Shown one piece after another: positions 46,958-55,611 of a DNA stretch of 64,000 bases. Source of the stretch: Hyphomicrobiales bacterium. GTDB taxonomy: Bacteria > Pseudomonadota > Alphaproteobacteria > Rhizobiales > Devosiaceae. The translations under genes were made by a program, and so were the position numbers. Numbering within the stretch: position 1 is the first letter of the stretch; each line of letters begins with the position of its first letter. The DNA is taken from NCBI GenBank assembly GCA_027487555.1, contig JAIYDI010000032.1, positions 7,249 through 71,248 of the forward strand. Reading direction: 5' to 3'. The notes beneath the pieces were generated by a model that searched no databases, was not told the origin of the DNA, and was given only the letters and a program-made list of their open reading frames with translations.

Positions 46958-47445
46958 GTTTCGCTTCCTTTGTGATTTGTTAGATTCGGGCTGTGCGCCC
47001 CAGACCGCGCCACCGCCGCCTCTGCCCAGAACGCGACGAAACTTAGGGCCCATACCGAGGCGCAGCCGAACAGAAGCCACTTGAAGTCGGAACCGATTGC
47101 GAAGTTGACCACGGTCATCAGACCGATCGATGCCGCGCCGCCGATGAAGGCGCCTACGACCGCGATGGGCCGACGCTCGCGGAAGGACGTTGCAGCAAGC
47201 GCGAGAGTGAGGAAACCGGTCGCCAGTGCGTAGCCGCCCAGAACGCGGAACACTTGGGTGAGCCACGCTCCAAGCCGTGGACCTGTCTCGGCGACCTCGG
47301 CGGCTGACAACCCGATATAGCGAATGTCCTCGGCCAACAGGGATGGCCGAAGGAAGATGAAATAGACGCCGATTCCGGCGACAATCGCTCCGCCCAGTGC
47401 CAACAAGATTGATGAAGGGGACCAGGGCTTGGCCAAGGACGTCAC
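46954..47445 (-). CDS. Integral membrane protein, unknown function
   Basis: 163 aa with four hydrophobic spans. Its stop overlaps the oxidase start by 4 nt. Confidence 0.55.
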   Translation of the reverse strand: MTSLAKPWSPSSILLALGGAIVAGIGVYFIFLRPSLLAEDIRYIGLSAAEVAETGPRLGAWLTQVFRVLGGYALATGFLTLALAATSFRERRPIAVVGAFIGGAASIGLMTVVNFAIGSDFKWLLFGCASVWALSFVAFWAEAAVARSGAHSPNLTNHKGSET

Positions 47446-47461
47446 GGGGTTGCCTGCCGGG

Positions 47462-47992
47462 TCACTGCGCTTGACGGCTCAGCCAGTCGCGCATCTTTGC
47501 TATCTCGGCTTCGTGGGCAGCGATAATCTCATTCGCCCAAGCTTTAACTTCCGCATCGGAGCCGTGCTGAAGGACGGCTTTGGCCATGTCGATGGCGCCC
47601 AGATGATGTGCAATCATCGCCTGTGCGAAGGCCTTGTCGGGATTGGCGTCCCGTGCACCCATCATCATGGGCGCTTCCATCTTCTTCATCGCGTCCATGT
47701 ACGCCCTCGATGCGGCCGACATGTCGTCCATTGCGGGCTTCTGTTCTCCCGCAGCGCCGCCCGTCATGCCGCCTTGCATCATGCCCTGCTGCATCATCTG
47801 CATCATTTGCTGCATCATCGGCATCATGTCCGCGCATTGCGCCTGCATGTCGCCCTTGGCTTCTTTGGGGGCTGGGGTCACCGTGGCGGGCGCCGCGGTT
47901 GCGTCGGGGTGATGTGCGTCGGTCTGCGCGAGGGCCGTTCCGGACAGGACCAGGAATGCGGCAGTGGTGATCATTCGAATCTGGGTTTTCAT
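47462..47992 (-). CDS. DUF305 family Met-rich periplasmic protein (CopM-like), second copy
   Basis: 176 aa. Signal peptide, the tract DMMPMMQQMMQMMQQGMMQGGM, and the DUF305 core AFAQAMIAHHLGAIDMAK...IIAAHEAEIAKMRDWL. Confidence 0.85.
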   Translation of the reverse strand: MKTQIRMITTAAFLVLSGTALAQTDAHHPDATAAPATVTPAPKEAKGDMQAQCADMMPMMQQMMQMMQQGMMQGGMTGGAAGEQKPAMDDMSAASRAYMDAMKKMEAPMMMGARDANPDKAFAQAMIAHHLGAIDMAKAVLQHGSDAEVKAWANEIIAAHEAEIAKMRDWLSRQAQ

Positions 47993-48159
47993 GTGGGGGG
48001 TCTCCTATCGACCGTGCTTTCCGGGAACCGAAGAGCGGGTTTGCCTAGCAGTCAGCCGCGCGGTGCGTCGGCCGATGGTGCAAAGATCTCGTGGACGAAA
48101 TGGGTCAGGCGGCCACTCTGGTTGGTATCAAACGCCTGCGAGGCCGCGCGGGCGTGATG

Positions 48160-48564
48160 TCAGGCCGGGAGCCTGGGAGGACGCCGGTTGGCTTGAGGGT
48201 CGATGCTGCCCAAGCCAAGGATGGCAGGCAAGCATGAGTGGACGCGGGTCAAGTCGCCCTGGGCAAGCATGGACCTCGCTCCGCATAGGCCACCCGAAGC
48301 GCAGCAGCCAGATCCAGTCGCGTTAGAGCAGCACGCCCCGTGGTCAGCGGCGCAGCCACTATCGGGGCGATCAGTCTCAGCAAAGAGTTCTTCCGTCCCA
48401 TGTTCTGTAACAAGAGTATCTAGCGCCGCTGCCGTCGTCGCACGCGTCCCAGCAGGCCAAAGCTGATCCGCACTGGCCGATCCGGCGCTGGCGAGAAGTC
48501 CGCCTGCAGCCAAGATCAGCGCAATCAACAAGGTTCGGAAGAGATGGGAGAACGTGGACGTCAT
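48160..48564 (-). CDS. Small secreted Cys-rich protein, HC...RPP-tail family member 5
   Basis: 134 aa. Signal LLIALILAAGGLLASAGSASA, GCAADHGACCSNATGSGCCASGGLCG, C-terminal DPQANRRPPRLPA. Confidence 0.45.
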   Translation of the reverse strand: MTSTFSHLFRTLLIALILAAGGLLASAGSASADQLWPAGTRATTAAALDTLVTEHGTEELFAETDRPDSGCAADHGACCSNATGSGCCASGGLCGARSMLAQGDLTRVHSCLPAILGLGSIDPQANRRPPRLPA

Positions 48565-48764
48565 GTGCTCACGTTAGCCGAGGGGGGCTGCCTTTGATTT
48601 GATCGAGATCAAGGTTGCAACGAATTGACCGACCGCATGTTGCACCCTCTGGCAGTTTATTTTCCGCGGGACGTGAGGCCAGGGTAGAAAGCGACCTGAG
48701 AATCATCGCCCGACGGTCCACAAAGTGGCAAGTCACCGGGTCAAGCTATCATGAGGGACGATTG

Positions 48765-50054
48765 ATGGCCGAGGCAATTGACGCTCTCCTTCCCGTGGTC
48801 GCCGAGCTCGCTCCCGAACGGCTTAATCAATCTTGCCTTTGCATTACTCTCGACCGCGATGAGCTCGGCCTCCAACTCGATCGCGAGGCGGGAGAGTTTG
48901 GATTCTTCAAAACCCTGACGGAGCAGCGACCGCATCTGTTCTCCAATGTCCCGGTGTTTCTGTCGGCCTCAGCCCTGACCGAAATGCGCGAGATCGTCGA
49001 GGCCATCGAGGCGACTACCCAACTCCCCGGATATCGAGAGGCCGTGCTGGCGTGGGCGCCCGACATTTCGCAGAAGGACCACGGCCCGGCGGGCGCGCTC
49101 ATGGGCTACGATTTTCATCTCGATGACGACGGCCCCAAATTGATCGAGGTGAACACCAATGCGGGCGGAGCCTTCCTCAACGCCGTTCTTGCACGCGCGC
49201 AAATGGCTTGCTGCGGCGATGTCGCCATTCGCTACGAGGACGGGCTGATCGGCGGCTTCGGAGAGCGCATCGCAGCGATGTTTCTGGAAGAGTGGCGCCG
49301 CCAGCGCGGTTCGGGTTCGCCGGGGACGATCGCCATCGTCGATGATGCCCCCCTGGAACAGTATCTCTATCCGGAGTTCGTACTGACTCGGCAGATGCTC
49401 GCCAAGCACGGAATGGACACCGTCATCGGCGATGCGCGCGAACTGCAATATCAAGGCAACGAACTTTTCCTCGACGGCCGCCGAATCGACCTTGTTTACA
49501 ATCGCTTGGTCGATTTCACGCTGGATCGGCCTGAGCACGCCGCCCTGCGTGCTGCCTATCAGAATGGCGCTGCGGTGGTTACGCCCAATCCCCACCATCA
49601 CGCACTTCTGGCCAACAAGCGCAATCTGACGCTTCTCTCTGACCCGGATGCTCTCAACATTTTCGGCCTTTCAAGGCGTATGCAGCAACGCCTCGCCGGC
49701 GTTCCGCAGACCAGGCTGGTCACGCCAGCAAACGCTGACCAATTCTGGCAATCGCGAAAGGGATTGTTTTTCAAGCCCCTGTCCGGGCACGGCAGCAAGG
49801 CCGTATACCGGGGTGACAAGCTGACCAAGTCTGTCTGGGCCGAGATCGCCCGCGGTGACTACGTCGCACAGACCTTCGCCGCTCCGGGTATGAGAATGAT
49901 CAGGCTCGAAGGCGAGCCGGCGTCACGCAAGTTGGATATTCGCCTATACACTTACCAAGCCAAACCACTACTGGTCGCCGCTCGCCTCTATCAGGGGCAG
50001 ACGACGAATTTTCGGACCCCAGGTGGCGGGTTTGCCCCAGTTTTGGTTGTCTGA
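48765..50054 (+). CDS. ATP-grasp-like protein (possibly the circularly permuted type), uncertain
   Basis: ORF from 48615 trimmed to ATG 48765 (GAGGGA RBS). MGYDFHLDDDGPKLIEVNTNAGGAFL and a C-terminal LDIRLYTY...GGGFAPV. The family assignment is tentative. Confidence 0.45.
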   Translation: MAEAIDALLPVVAELAPERLNQSCLCITLDRDELGLQLDREAGEFGFFKTLTEQRPHLFSNVPVFLSASALTEMREIVEAIEATTQLPGYREAVLAWAPDISQKDHGPAGALMGYDFHLDDDGPKLIEVNTNAGGAFLNAVLARAQMACCGDVAIRYEDGLIGGFGERIAAMFLEEWRRQRGSGSPGTIAIVDDAPLEQYLYPEFVLTRQMLAKHGMDTVIGDARELQYQGNELFLDGRRIDLVYNRLVDFTLDRPEHAALRAAYQNGAAVVTPNPHHHALLANKRNLTLLSDPDALNIFGLSRRMQQRLAGVPQTRLVTPANADQFWQSRKGLFFKPLSGHGSKAVYRGDKLTKSVWAEIARGDYVAQTFAAPGMRMIRLEGEPASRKLDIRLYTYQAKPLLVAARLYQGQTTNFRTPGGGFAPVLVV

Positions 50055-50454
50055 CCAGGGCGACGCTGAGGCACCCGGCCTGTGGCGAGTCGGCGAGCGC
50101 CCGGACGTGCCGAGTAAGCGACCTGGCGTGCGAACTCCGACGATGCCGAAAACTCAGCGACCCGTGGTAAATCATCAGCCCAATGTCTCGCGTTAGGATG
50201 GAGCGGTGCCGCCCTCGATAATGAGCCATCCCGCTTCATCGTAGGGTAGCCAGGATGTGAGCGAAAATGCCTTTGCTGAACCGGCTCGCAGTCCGCCGTG
50301 ACGGTTGCGCTGACTAATTCGCCAACCCACTTCGTTTTGACGAGCCGCGCCTCACAACCGGAGGCCAAGAAGCAGCGATGGGCGAGACAATTCTCACAGT
50401 ATGTAGCCGCGGCGCGCTGTTGAGCGAGTTGCGATCAAAAGGACCCAAACCGCA

Positions 50455-51102
50455 ATGTGCTTTTCTGCAACAGCCAGTTTCACTGCCGGGGCTGCACTTC
50501 TGATCGTCGGCACGGTAACGGTGCGACGCGCCCAGCGGCGTGTTGAACTGCCCTTTGCGCTGATCCCGGTGTTGTTCGGCGTGCAGCAGCTGATCGAGGG
50601 CGGCCTCTGGCTGACGTTTCCCGACAAGGCGCCGCTGCTGAATACGATGCTGACGCATCTCTATTCGCTTTTTTCGCACGTTCTCTGGCCGACCTACGTT
50701 CCGATCGCAATTCTGCTGCTTGAGCCCACGCCTTGGCGGCGCAGAGTGCTGGTCGCCATCTCGATCGCGGGCGCCGCGGTGGGCCTGTACCTGCTGTATT
50801 TCCTTCTAAGCCTACCGATCGTCTCGCAAGTCGAAGGACAGCACATCAGCTATTTTTCCCCGCACTTCTATATCGTCGCTGTGATGATAATGTACGTTCT
50901 TGGCACCTGCATAAGCATGCTCTTTTCGAGTCACAAGGCGGTTAGACTATTCGGTGTCGCGACCTTTGTTGCGTTCGTCGCAACCTATGTTTTCTACGCC
51001 GCCTGGCTCATCTCCATTTGGTGTTTTTTCGCTGCAGCTCTGAGTTTCCTTGTGTTGCTTCATTTTCCTCGGCTATCGGGAGGAGAGGGACGCTCGGCAT
51101 GA
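50455..51102 (+). CDS. Integral membrane protein, unknown function
   Basis: 215 aa with six or seven hydrophobic spans, beginning MCFSATASFTAGAALLIVG. Confidence 0.6.
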   Translation: MCFSATASFTAGAALLIVGTVTVRRAQRRVELPFALIPVLFGVQQLIEGGLWLTFPDKAPLLNTMLTHLYSLFSHVLWPTYVPIAILLLEPTPWRRRVLVAISIAGAAVGLYLLYFLLSLPIVSQVEGQHISYFSPHFYIVAVMIMYVLGTCISMLFSSHKAVRLFGVATFVAFVATYVFYAAWLISIWCFFAAALSFLVLLHFPRLSGGEGRSA

Positions 51103-51337
51103 CCGGCCCCACAAGCGCTTCTTCCATCAGTTTTTGACGTCGTGGGGCCCATTCCCGGGTCGCCGACGAGTAACGAACTCGAGCACATGCTGCGTGATCC
51201 AGGTTTCAGGTGGCAAGCTCAGCGGGTCCACGTTTGTCCGGATCATTCTGGGCAGGCGTTTTCGGGAGTTTGCCAATCGATAGGTATGAGCGTGTCCGCA
51301 CCTTAGTTTCTCCACCTTGGTCAAGGATGGCATCGGG

Positions 51338-54172
51338 ATGAGCCACAATCCGCATTCCTCCGCCCCGTCTGACCCTACCCTTCTCGGTGCAGACGTGGTG
51401 GCGTTTTCCCTCGGCAGCGAAGTAGTGGATGGATTGACCGCCGCAGCGGCAGCGCAGCGATTGGCACAATACGGCCCGAACGAACTTCGGCCGGTGGCTC
51501 AGCCGCCGACCTGGTTGCGCATGCTGAAGCAGTTCCAAGACCCGCTCGTCTATCTGCTGCTCGCTGCCGCCGGAGTTGCCCTTGTCGCATGGGCTATCGA
51601 GGGCCGCGAGGGCGCGCCGGTGGAGGCGCTGGTGATCGCGGCAGTAGTTCTTCTCAATGCCCTTCTCGGCTACGTGCAGGAAGGCAAGGCGGCCGACGCG
51701 GTCGCATCACTCGCAAAGATAACGGCCTCGACGTCGTCGGTGATACGCGACGGTAATCGGCGACGCATCCCTAGCGCCGAAGTTGTTGTCGGCGACCTGC
51801 TGCTGCTGGACGAAGGCGACGCCGTGGGCGCTGATGCGCGGCTGGTGCAGGCCTCAGCACTGCGCGTGCAGGAGGCCTCGCTGACCGGCGAAAGCGAGCC
51901 TGTGCTGAAGGACGCAGCTACGCTTACCGAGCCGGCGCCGCTCGCGGAGCGCTTTTGCATGGTTTTCCGGGGCACATCGGTCACCCAGGGCAATGCAACC
52001 GCAATAGTGACGGCCACCGGAATGCGCACAGAGATGGGTGGGATCGCCAGCATGCTGGACGCTACCCGTGAGGAGCCAACGCCGCTGCAGCGGGAAATAG
52101 CCCATGTCGGTCGGATGCTCGGCATCGCCGTGGTCGCGATCGCGGTGATCGTGGTCGTGACCATCCTGCTGCAATCGAGTGTCCGGAGCGTCGACAACTT
52201 CATGACCGTGCTGCTGCTTGGGGTCTCGTTGGCGGTCGCGGCGGTGCCGGAAGGCTTGCTCGCTATCCTGTCGCTGGTGTTGGCGCTCGGCGTGCAGCGA
52301 ATGGCGAAGCGGAATGCCCTGGTAAAGAAACTCTCCTCGGTCGAAACGCTGGGGTCCGCCTCTGTCATTTGCTCGGACAAGACCGGCACGCTTACACGCT
52401 CCGAAATGACCATCGAGCGCGTCGTCACCGCCTCAGGCGGCAGCCGGATCACCGGCATCGGATACGCGCCCGTCGGGTCCGTGGAGGCGGAGGGCGTCGG
52501 GCCTCTCAGTGGCCCGCAACGGGCTGAGCACATTGTGGCGCTGAGCGGCGGCAGCCTCGCCAACAATGCCGATCTGCACCAAGGGGAGGATGGGCGGTGG
52601 GAGATCGAAGGCGATCCCACCGAAGCGGCATTCTTGGTGGCGGAACGCAAGCTCGGCCTCACGGAGCGTCGCCAGCGGCGGTTCCTCCGGGTCGGCGAGA
52701 TCCCGTTTACGTCAGACCGAAAACTGATGTCGACCATCGAGCGTGATAACGAGCAGGACGATGCGCTGGTCGTCATTACCAAAGGCGCTCCGGACGTGCT
52801 GATTGACCGATGCACTCGGGTGCGGGTCGGGATGGAGGTGCTCCCGCTCCATGACGAGCGCAGAAGCCAGGTTCGGGCGGACGTCGAACGGCTGTCGGAC
52901 GAGGCCTTAAGGGTTCTTGCCGTCGCCTACCGGCCCATCGAGGAGCGCGATGTCGAGAAAGGCGAGGAGGAACTGGAGCGTGACCTGATCTTCGTCGGCG
53001 TCGTCGGCATGCTCGATCCGCCACGCGAGGAGGCAGCGCTTGCTATTCAGGAGGCCCACCGAGCAGGCATCCGCGTGCTGATGATTACAGGAGATCACCC
53101 GCGCACGGCTGGTCGTATCGCCGCCCAGTTGGGCATTGCCGAAGTTGGCGCTAAGGTACTTACCGGTCCTGAGCTGGATCACCTCAACGACGCAGCGTTT
53201 GCCCGCGCGACGCGTGAGGTCTCGGTCTTTGCCCGCGTCGCTCCGGTCCACAAGCTCCGCATCGTGGACGCGCTACAGGCCGATGGCCAAGTCGTGGCCA
53301 TGACCGGCGATGGCGTCAACGACGCTCCTGCCCTCAAGAGCGCCGATATCGGAGTTGCCATGGGCATCGCCGGGACGGAGGTAAGCAAGGACGCTGCAAA
53401 GATGATCCTTGCGGACGACAATTTCGCGACCATCCTCGTTGCGGTGCGTGAGGGTCGCGTCATCTTCGACAACATCCGCAAGTTTCTGCGCTACATGCTG
53501 TCGTCCAACATGGGGGAGGTGTTGACGGTCTTTCTGGGCGTCATCGGCGCCGGTATCATCGGACTTAGGGTCGGGCAAGACCAGGCAGTGGTCCTGCCGC
53601 TGCTGGCGACACAAATCCTCTGGATCAACCTCATAACGGACTCGGGGCCGGCGCTCGCCATGGGCGTGGATCCGGAAGCCGACGACGTCATGGCGAGGCC
53701 GCCGCGCCGCAGTAGCGACCGCGCCATCGACGGGAAAATGTGGGCTTCGGTATTCGGTCTGGGACTGGTGATGGCCGTAACCGTGCTTGCCACCATCGAT
53801 CTTTACCTGCCAGGGGGCGTGATCGAAGGGTCGCGCAGCCTCGATCAGGCCCGTACCGCAGGCTTCACCGTCCTGGTGTTTGCGCAATTGTTCAACTGCT
53901 TCAATGCGCGCTCTGAAACCAGCAGCGCCTTTCGGAATATCCTTGCCAATCATTGGCTATGGGGCGCCGTCGCCCTGTCGTTCTTCCTGCAGCTGGCGGT
54001 GGTCAATATTGGAGCGCTAAACGTTGCCTTTGGCACCGTGCCGCTGGCGCTCGATCAGTGGCTGGTGTGCCTGCTGATGGGAAGCGTGGTGCTCTGGGTC
54101 TCGGAAGCGTCAAAATGGGTCCAACGGCGCCGCGACAAGAAACCCTTTGCGGTGACCCGACCATCGCACTAA
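51338..54172 (+). CDS. P2-type cation-transporting ATPase (Ca2+/Mg2+-pump-like)
   Basis: ORF from 51317; ATG 51338 preferred. Motifs TGES, AVPEGL (PEGL), CSDKTGTLT, MITGDH and TGDGVNDAPAL, with 10 TM-like spans. Confidence 0.9.
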   Translation: MSHNPHSSAPSDPTLLGADVVAFSLGSEVVDGLTAAAAAQRLAQYGPNELRPVAQPPTWLRMLKQFQDPLVYLLLAAAGVALVAWAIEGREGAPVEALVIAAVVLLNALLGYVQEGKAADAVASLAKITASTSSVIRDGNRRRIPSAEVVVGDLLLLDEGDAVGADARLVQASALRVQEASLTGESEPVLKDAATLTEPAPLAERFCMVFRGTSVTQGNATAIVTATGMRTEMGGIASMLDATREEPTPLQREIAHVGRMLGIAVVAIAVIVVVTILLQSSVRSVDNFMTVLLLGVSLAVAAVPEGLLAILSLVLALGVQRMAKRNALVKKLSSVETLGSASVICSDKTGTLTRSEMTIERVVTASGGSRITGIGYAPVGSVEAEGVGPLSGPQRAEHIVALSGGSLANNADLHQGEDGRWEIEGDPTEAAFLVAERKLGLTERRQRRFLRVGEIPFTSDRKLMSTIERDNEQDDALVVITKGAPDVLIDRCTRVRVGMEVLPLHDERRSQVRADVERLSDEALRVLAVAYRPIEERDVEKGEEELERDLIFVGVVGMLDPPREEAALAIQEAHRAGIRVLMITGDHPRTAGRIAAQLGIAEVGAKVLTGPELDHLNDAAFARATREVSVFARVAPVHKLRIVDALQADGQVVAMTGDGVNDAPALKSADIGVAMGIAGTEVSKDAAKMILADDNFATILVAVREGRVIFDNIRKFLRYMLSSNMGEVLTVFLGVIGAGIIGLRVGQDQAVVLPLLATQILWINLITDSGPALAMGVDPEADDVMARPPRRSSDRAIDGKMWASVFGLGLVMAVTVLATIDLYLPGGVIEGSRSLDQARTAGFTVLVFAQLFNCFNARSETSSAFRNILANHWLWGAVALSFFLQLAVVNIGALNVAFGTVPLALDQWLVCLLMGSVVLWVSEASKWVQRRRDKKPFAVTRPSH

Positions 54173-54436
54173 TCGATCATCGGCCCGGCAACCTGTAGCG
54201 AGCTCGCATGCCGCTGTCGCCGCGCAGCCCGCATCGGAGAGGATGAGGACCGCTCGCATACTCGGGGGCCTCAGATTGCTTGAGCCGATCCAAAAAAACC
54301 ACTGGACTGGCGCCCTAACGCAAGCATTGCTGTTCGTCGCCGACCAACACCCCGCCCTCCAGCCCGGACCAACTCCGGGCTTCGGTCAGTGCAAGCCCTG
54401 CGATCGTCGCTGGGCTCCTGATCGAAGGAGGGTCAT

Positions 54437-55066
54437 ATGGCCACCAACAAACTAACCGACACCCAACGCGTTATACTTGCCGCCGCAGCAGCTCGCGACA
54501 GCGGGCTCGTCCTGCCGCTTCCCAGTTCGCTCGGCAGTAACCGCGGCACGCTCGGCATCGTCCTCAAGAGCCTCCTCACCCGCAAGTTGGTCACTGAGCG
54601 CCCGATCATGCCGGATGAGGATCTCTGGCGCGACACGGCCGAACTGGGCCGCACTACACTGGTGATATCCGTGGAGGGTCTGATGCTGATGGGAATCGAC
54701 CCAATTGACCACGTCGTCCACAAGGACGCAGACGGGAACATCGTCACCGACGATGGCGGCATTTCGCCCGGCCGTCGACGTCCCGACGTTCACCTCGATA
54801 CCGGCATCGAAACTCCAGACCCAAACCCCTCAAAGACCGGAATGCCGAAGGAGGGCAGCAAGCTCGCTACGCTCATCGCCTCGCTGCGCCAGGCGGAGGG
54901 TGCGACGATCTCGGAGCTGATGGAAGCTACAGGCTGGCAAGCACATTCGGTGCGCGGGACCATCAGCGGCAACCTCAAGAAGAAGCTGAAACTCGAAGTC
55001 GTGTCCGAGGTGCTCGACGGTCGCGGCCGTGTCTATCGCATCCCGGCCGAGGAAGCCTCGGCATGA
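54437..55066 (+). CDS. DUF3489 domain protein
   Basis: 209 aa (GAAGGAGGG RBS). C-terminal GATISELMEATGWQAHSVRGTISGNLKKKLKLEV...GRVYRI. Confidence 0.75.
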   Translation: MATNKLTDTQRVILAAAAARDSGLVLPLPSSLGSNRGTLGIVLKSLLTRKLVTERPIMPDEDLWRDTAELGRTTLVISVEGLMLMGIDPIDHVVHKDADGNIVTDDGGISPGRRRPDVHLDTGIETPDPNPSKTGMPKEGSKLATLIASLRQAEGATISELMEATGWQAHSVRGTISGNLKKKLKLEVVSEVLDGRGRVYRIPAEEASA

Positions 55067-55611
55067 AGCGCCTGAGCACAGAACAGGTCGAGCGCGAGAT
55101 TGCCGCGCTCGACACCCTCGACACCAAGACGTTGCAGGTCCGGTGGCTGGAGCTTTATCGGCGAGAACCACCCCCGCGTATCCGGGCCGGACTGCTCCGG
55201 CTCGGCATTGGCTATCGACTGCAGGAGAAGGCGCACGGAGGCCTGAAGCCGCAAGCTGTTCGGCTGCTGCGAAAGCTTGCTGCCGAACTACGGACCGAGC
55301 GGGTATTGAAGCGTTCTGGGTCTGACGCCTCCGACGCAGCCCCGCCGCACTGGGCCGCAGAAGGCCGCCTGCTATCGCCCGGTACCCAGCTGATGCGCGA
55401 GTGGAACGGGGTGACCGAGGTCGTCGATGTTGTCGCCGAGGGATTTGTGTGGCGCGGTAGGACCTATCGGACGCTCTCCGCCGTGGCCGTCGCCATCACC
55501 GGCACAAAGTGGTCTGGCCCAAAATTCTTCGGCCTCGTCCCTCCGGCGCCAGGGCGGCGGAGTGATGCTCATCAACGTGGTTCCGAGACGACTATGGAGG
55601 TGTCGTCATGA
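55063..55611 (+). CDS. DUF2924 domain protein
   Basis: 182 aa; ATGA overlap with the previous gene. LQVRWLELYRREPPPRIRAGLLRLGIGYRLQEKAHGGL and WNGVTEVVDV...RTYRTLSAVAVAITGTKWSGPKFFGL. Confidence 0.8.
   Translation: MKRLSTEQVEREIAALDTLDTKTLQVRWLELYRREPPPRIRAGLLRLGIGYRLQEKAHGGLKPQAVRLLRKLAAELRTERVLKRSGSDASDAAPPHWAAEGRLLSPGTQLMREWNGVTEVVDVVAEGFVWRGRTYRTLSAVAVAITGTKWSGPKFFGLVPPAPGRRSDAHQRGSETTMEVSS

Noticed and set aside
46958-47266. N-terminal extension of the second multicopper oxidase
   Set aside because: The extension is Arg-rich nonsense overlapping the upstream membrane-protein gene. ATG 46957 has a good RBS and an immediate Tat motif. The same logic was applied to the extensions at 37842-38051, 40564-40656, 30230-30397, 17788-18123 and 29554-29736.
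51670-52815. 381-aa minus-strand ORF
   Set aside because: It is a shadow of the P2-type ATPase.
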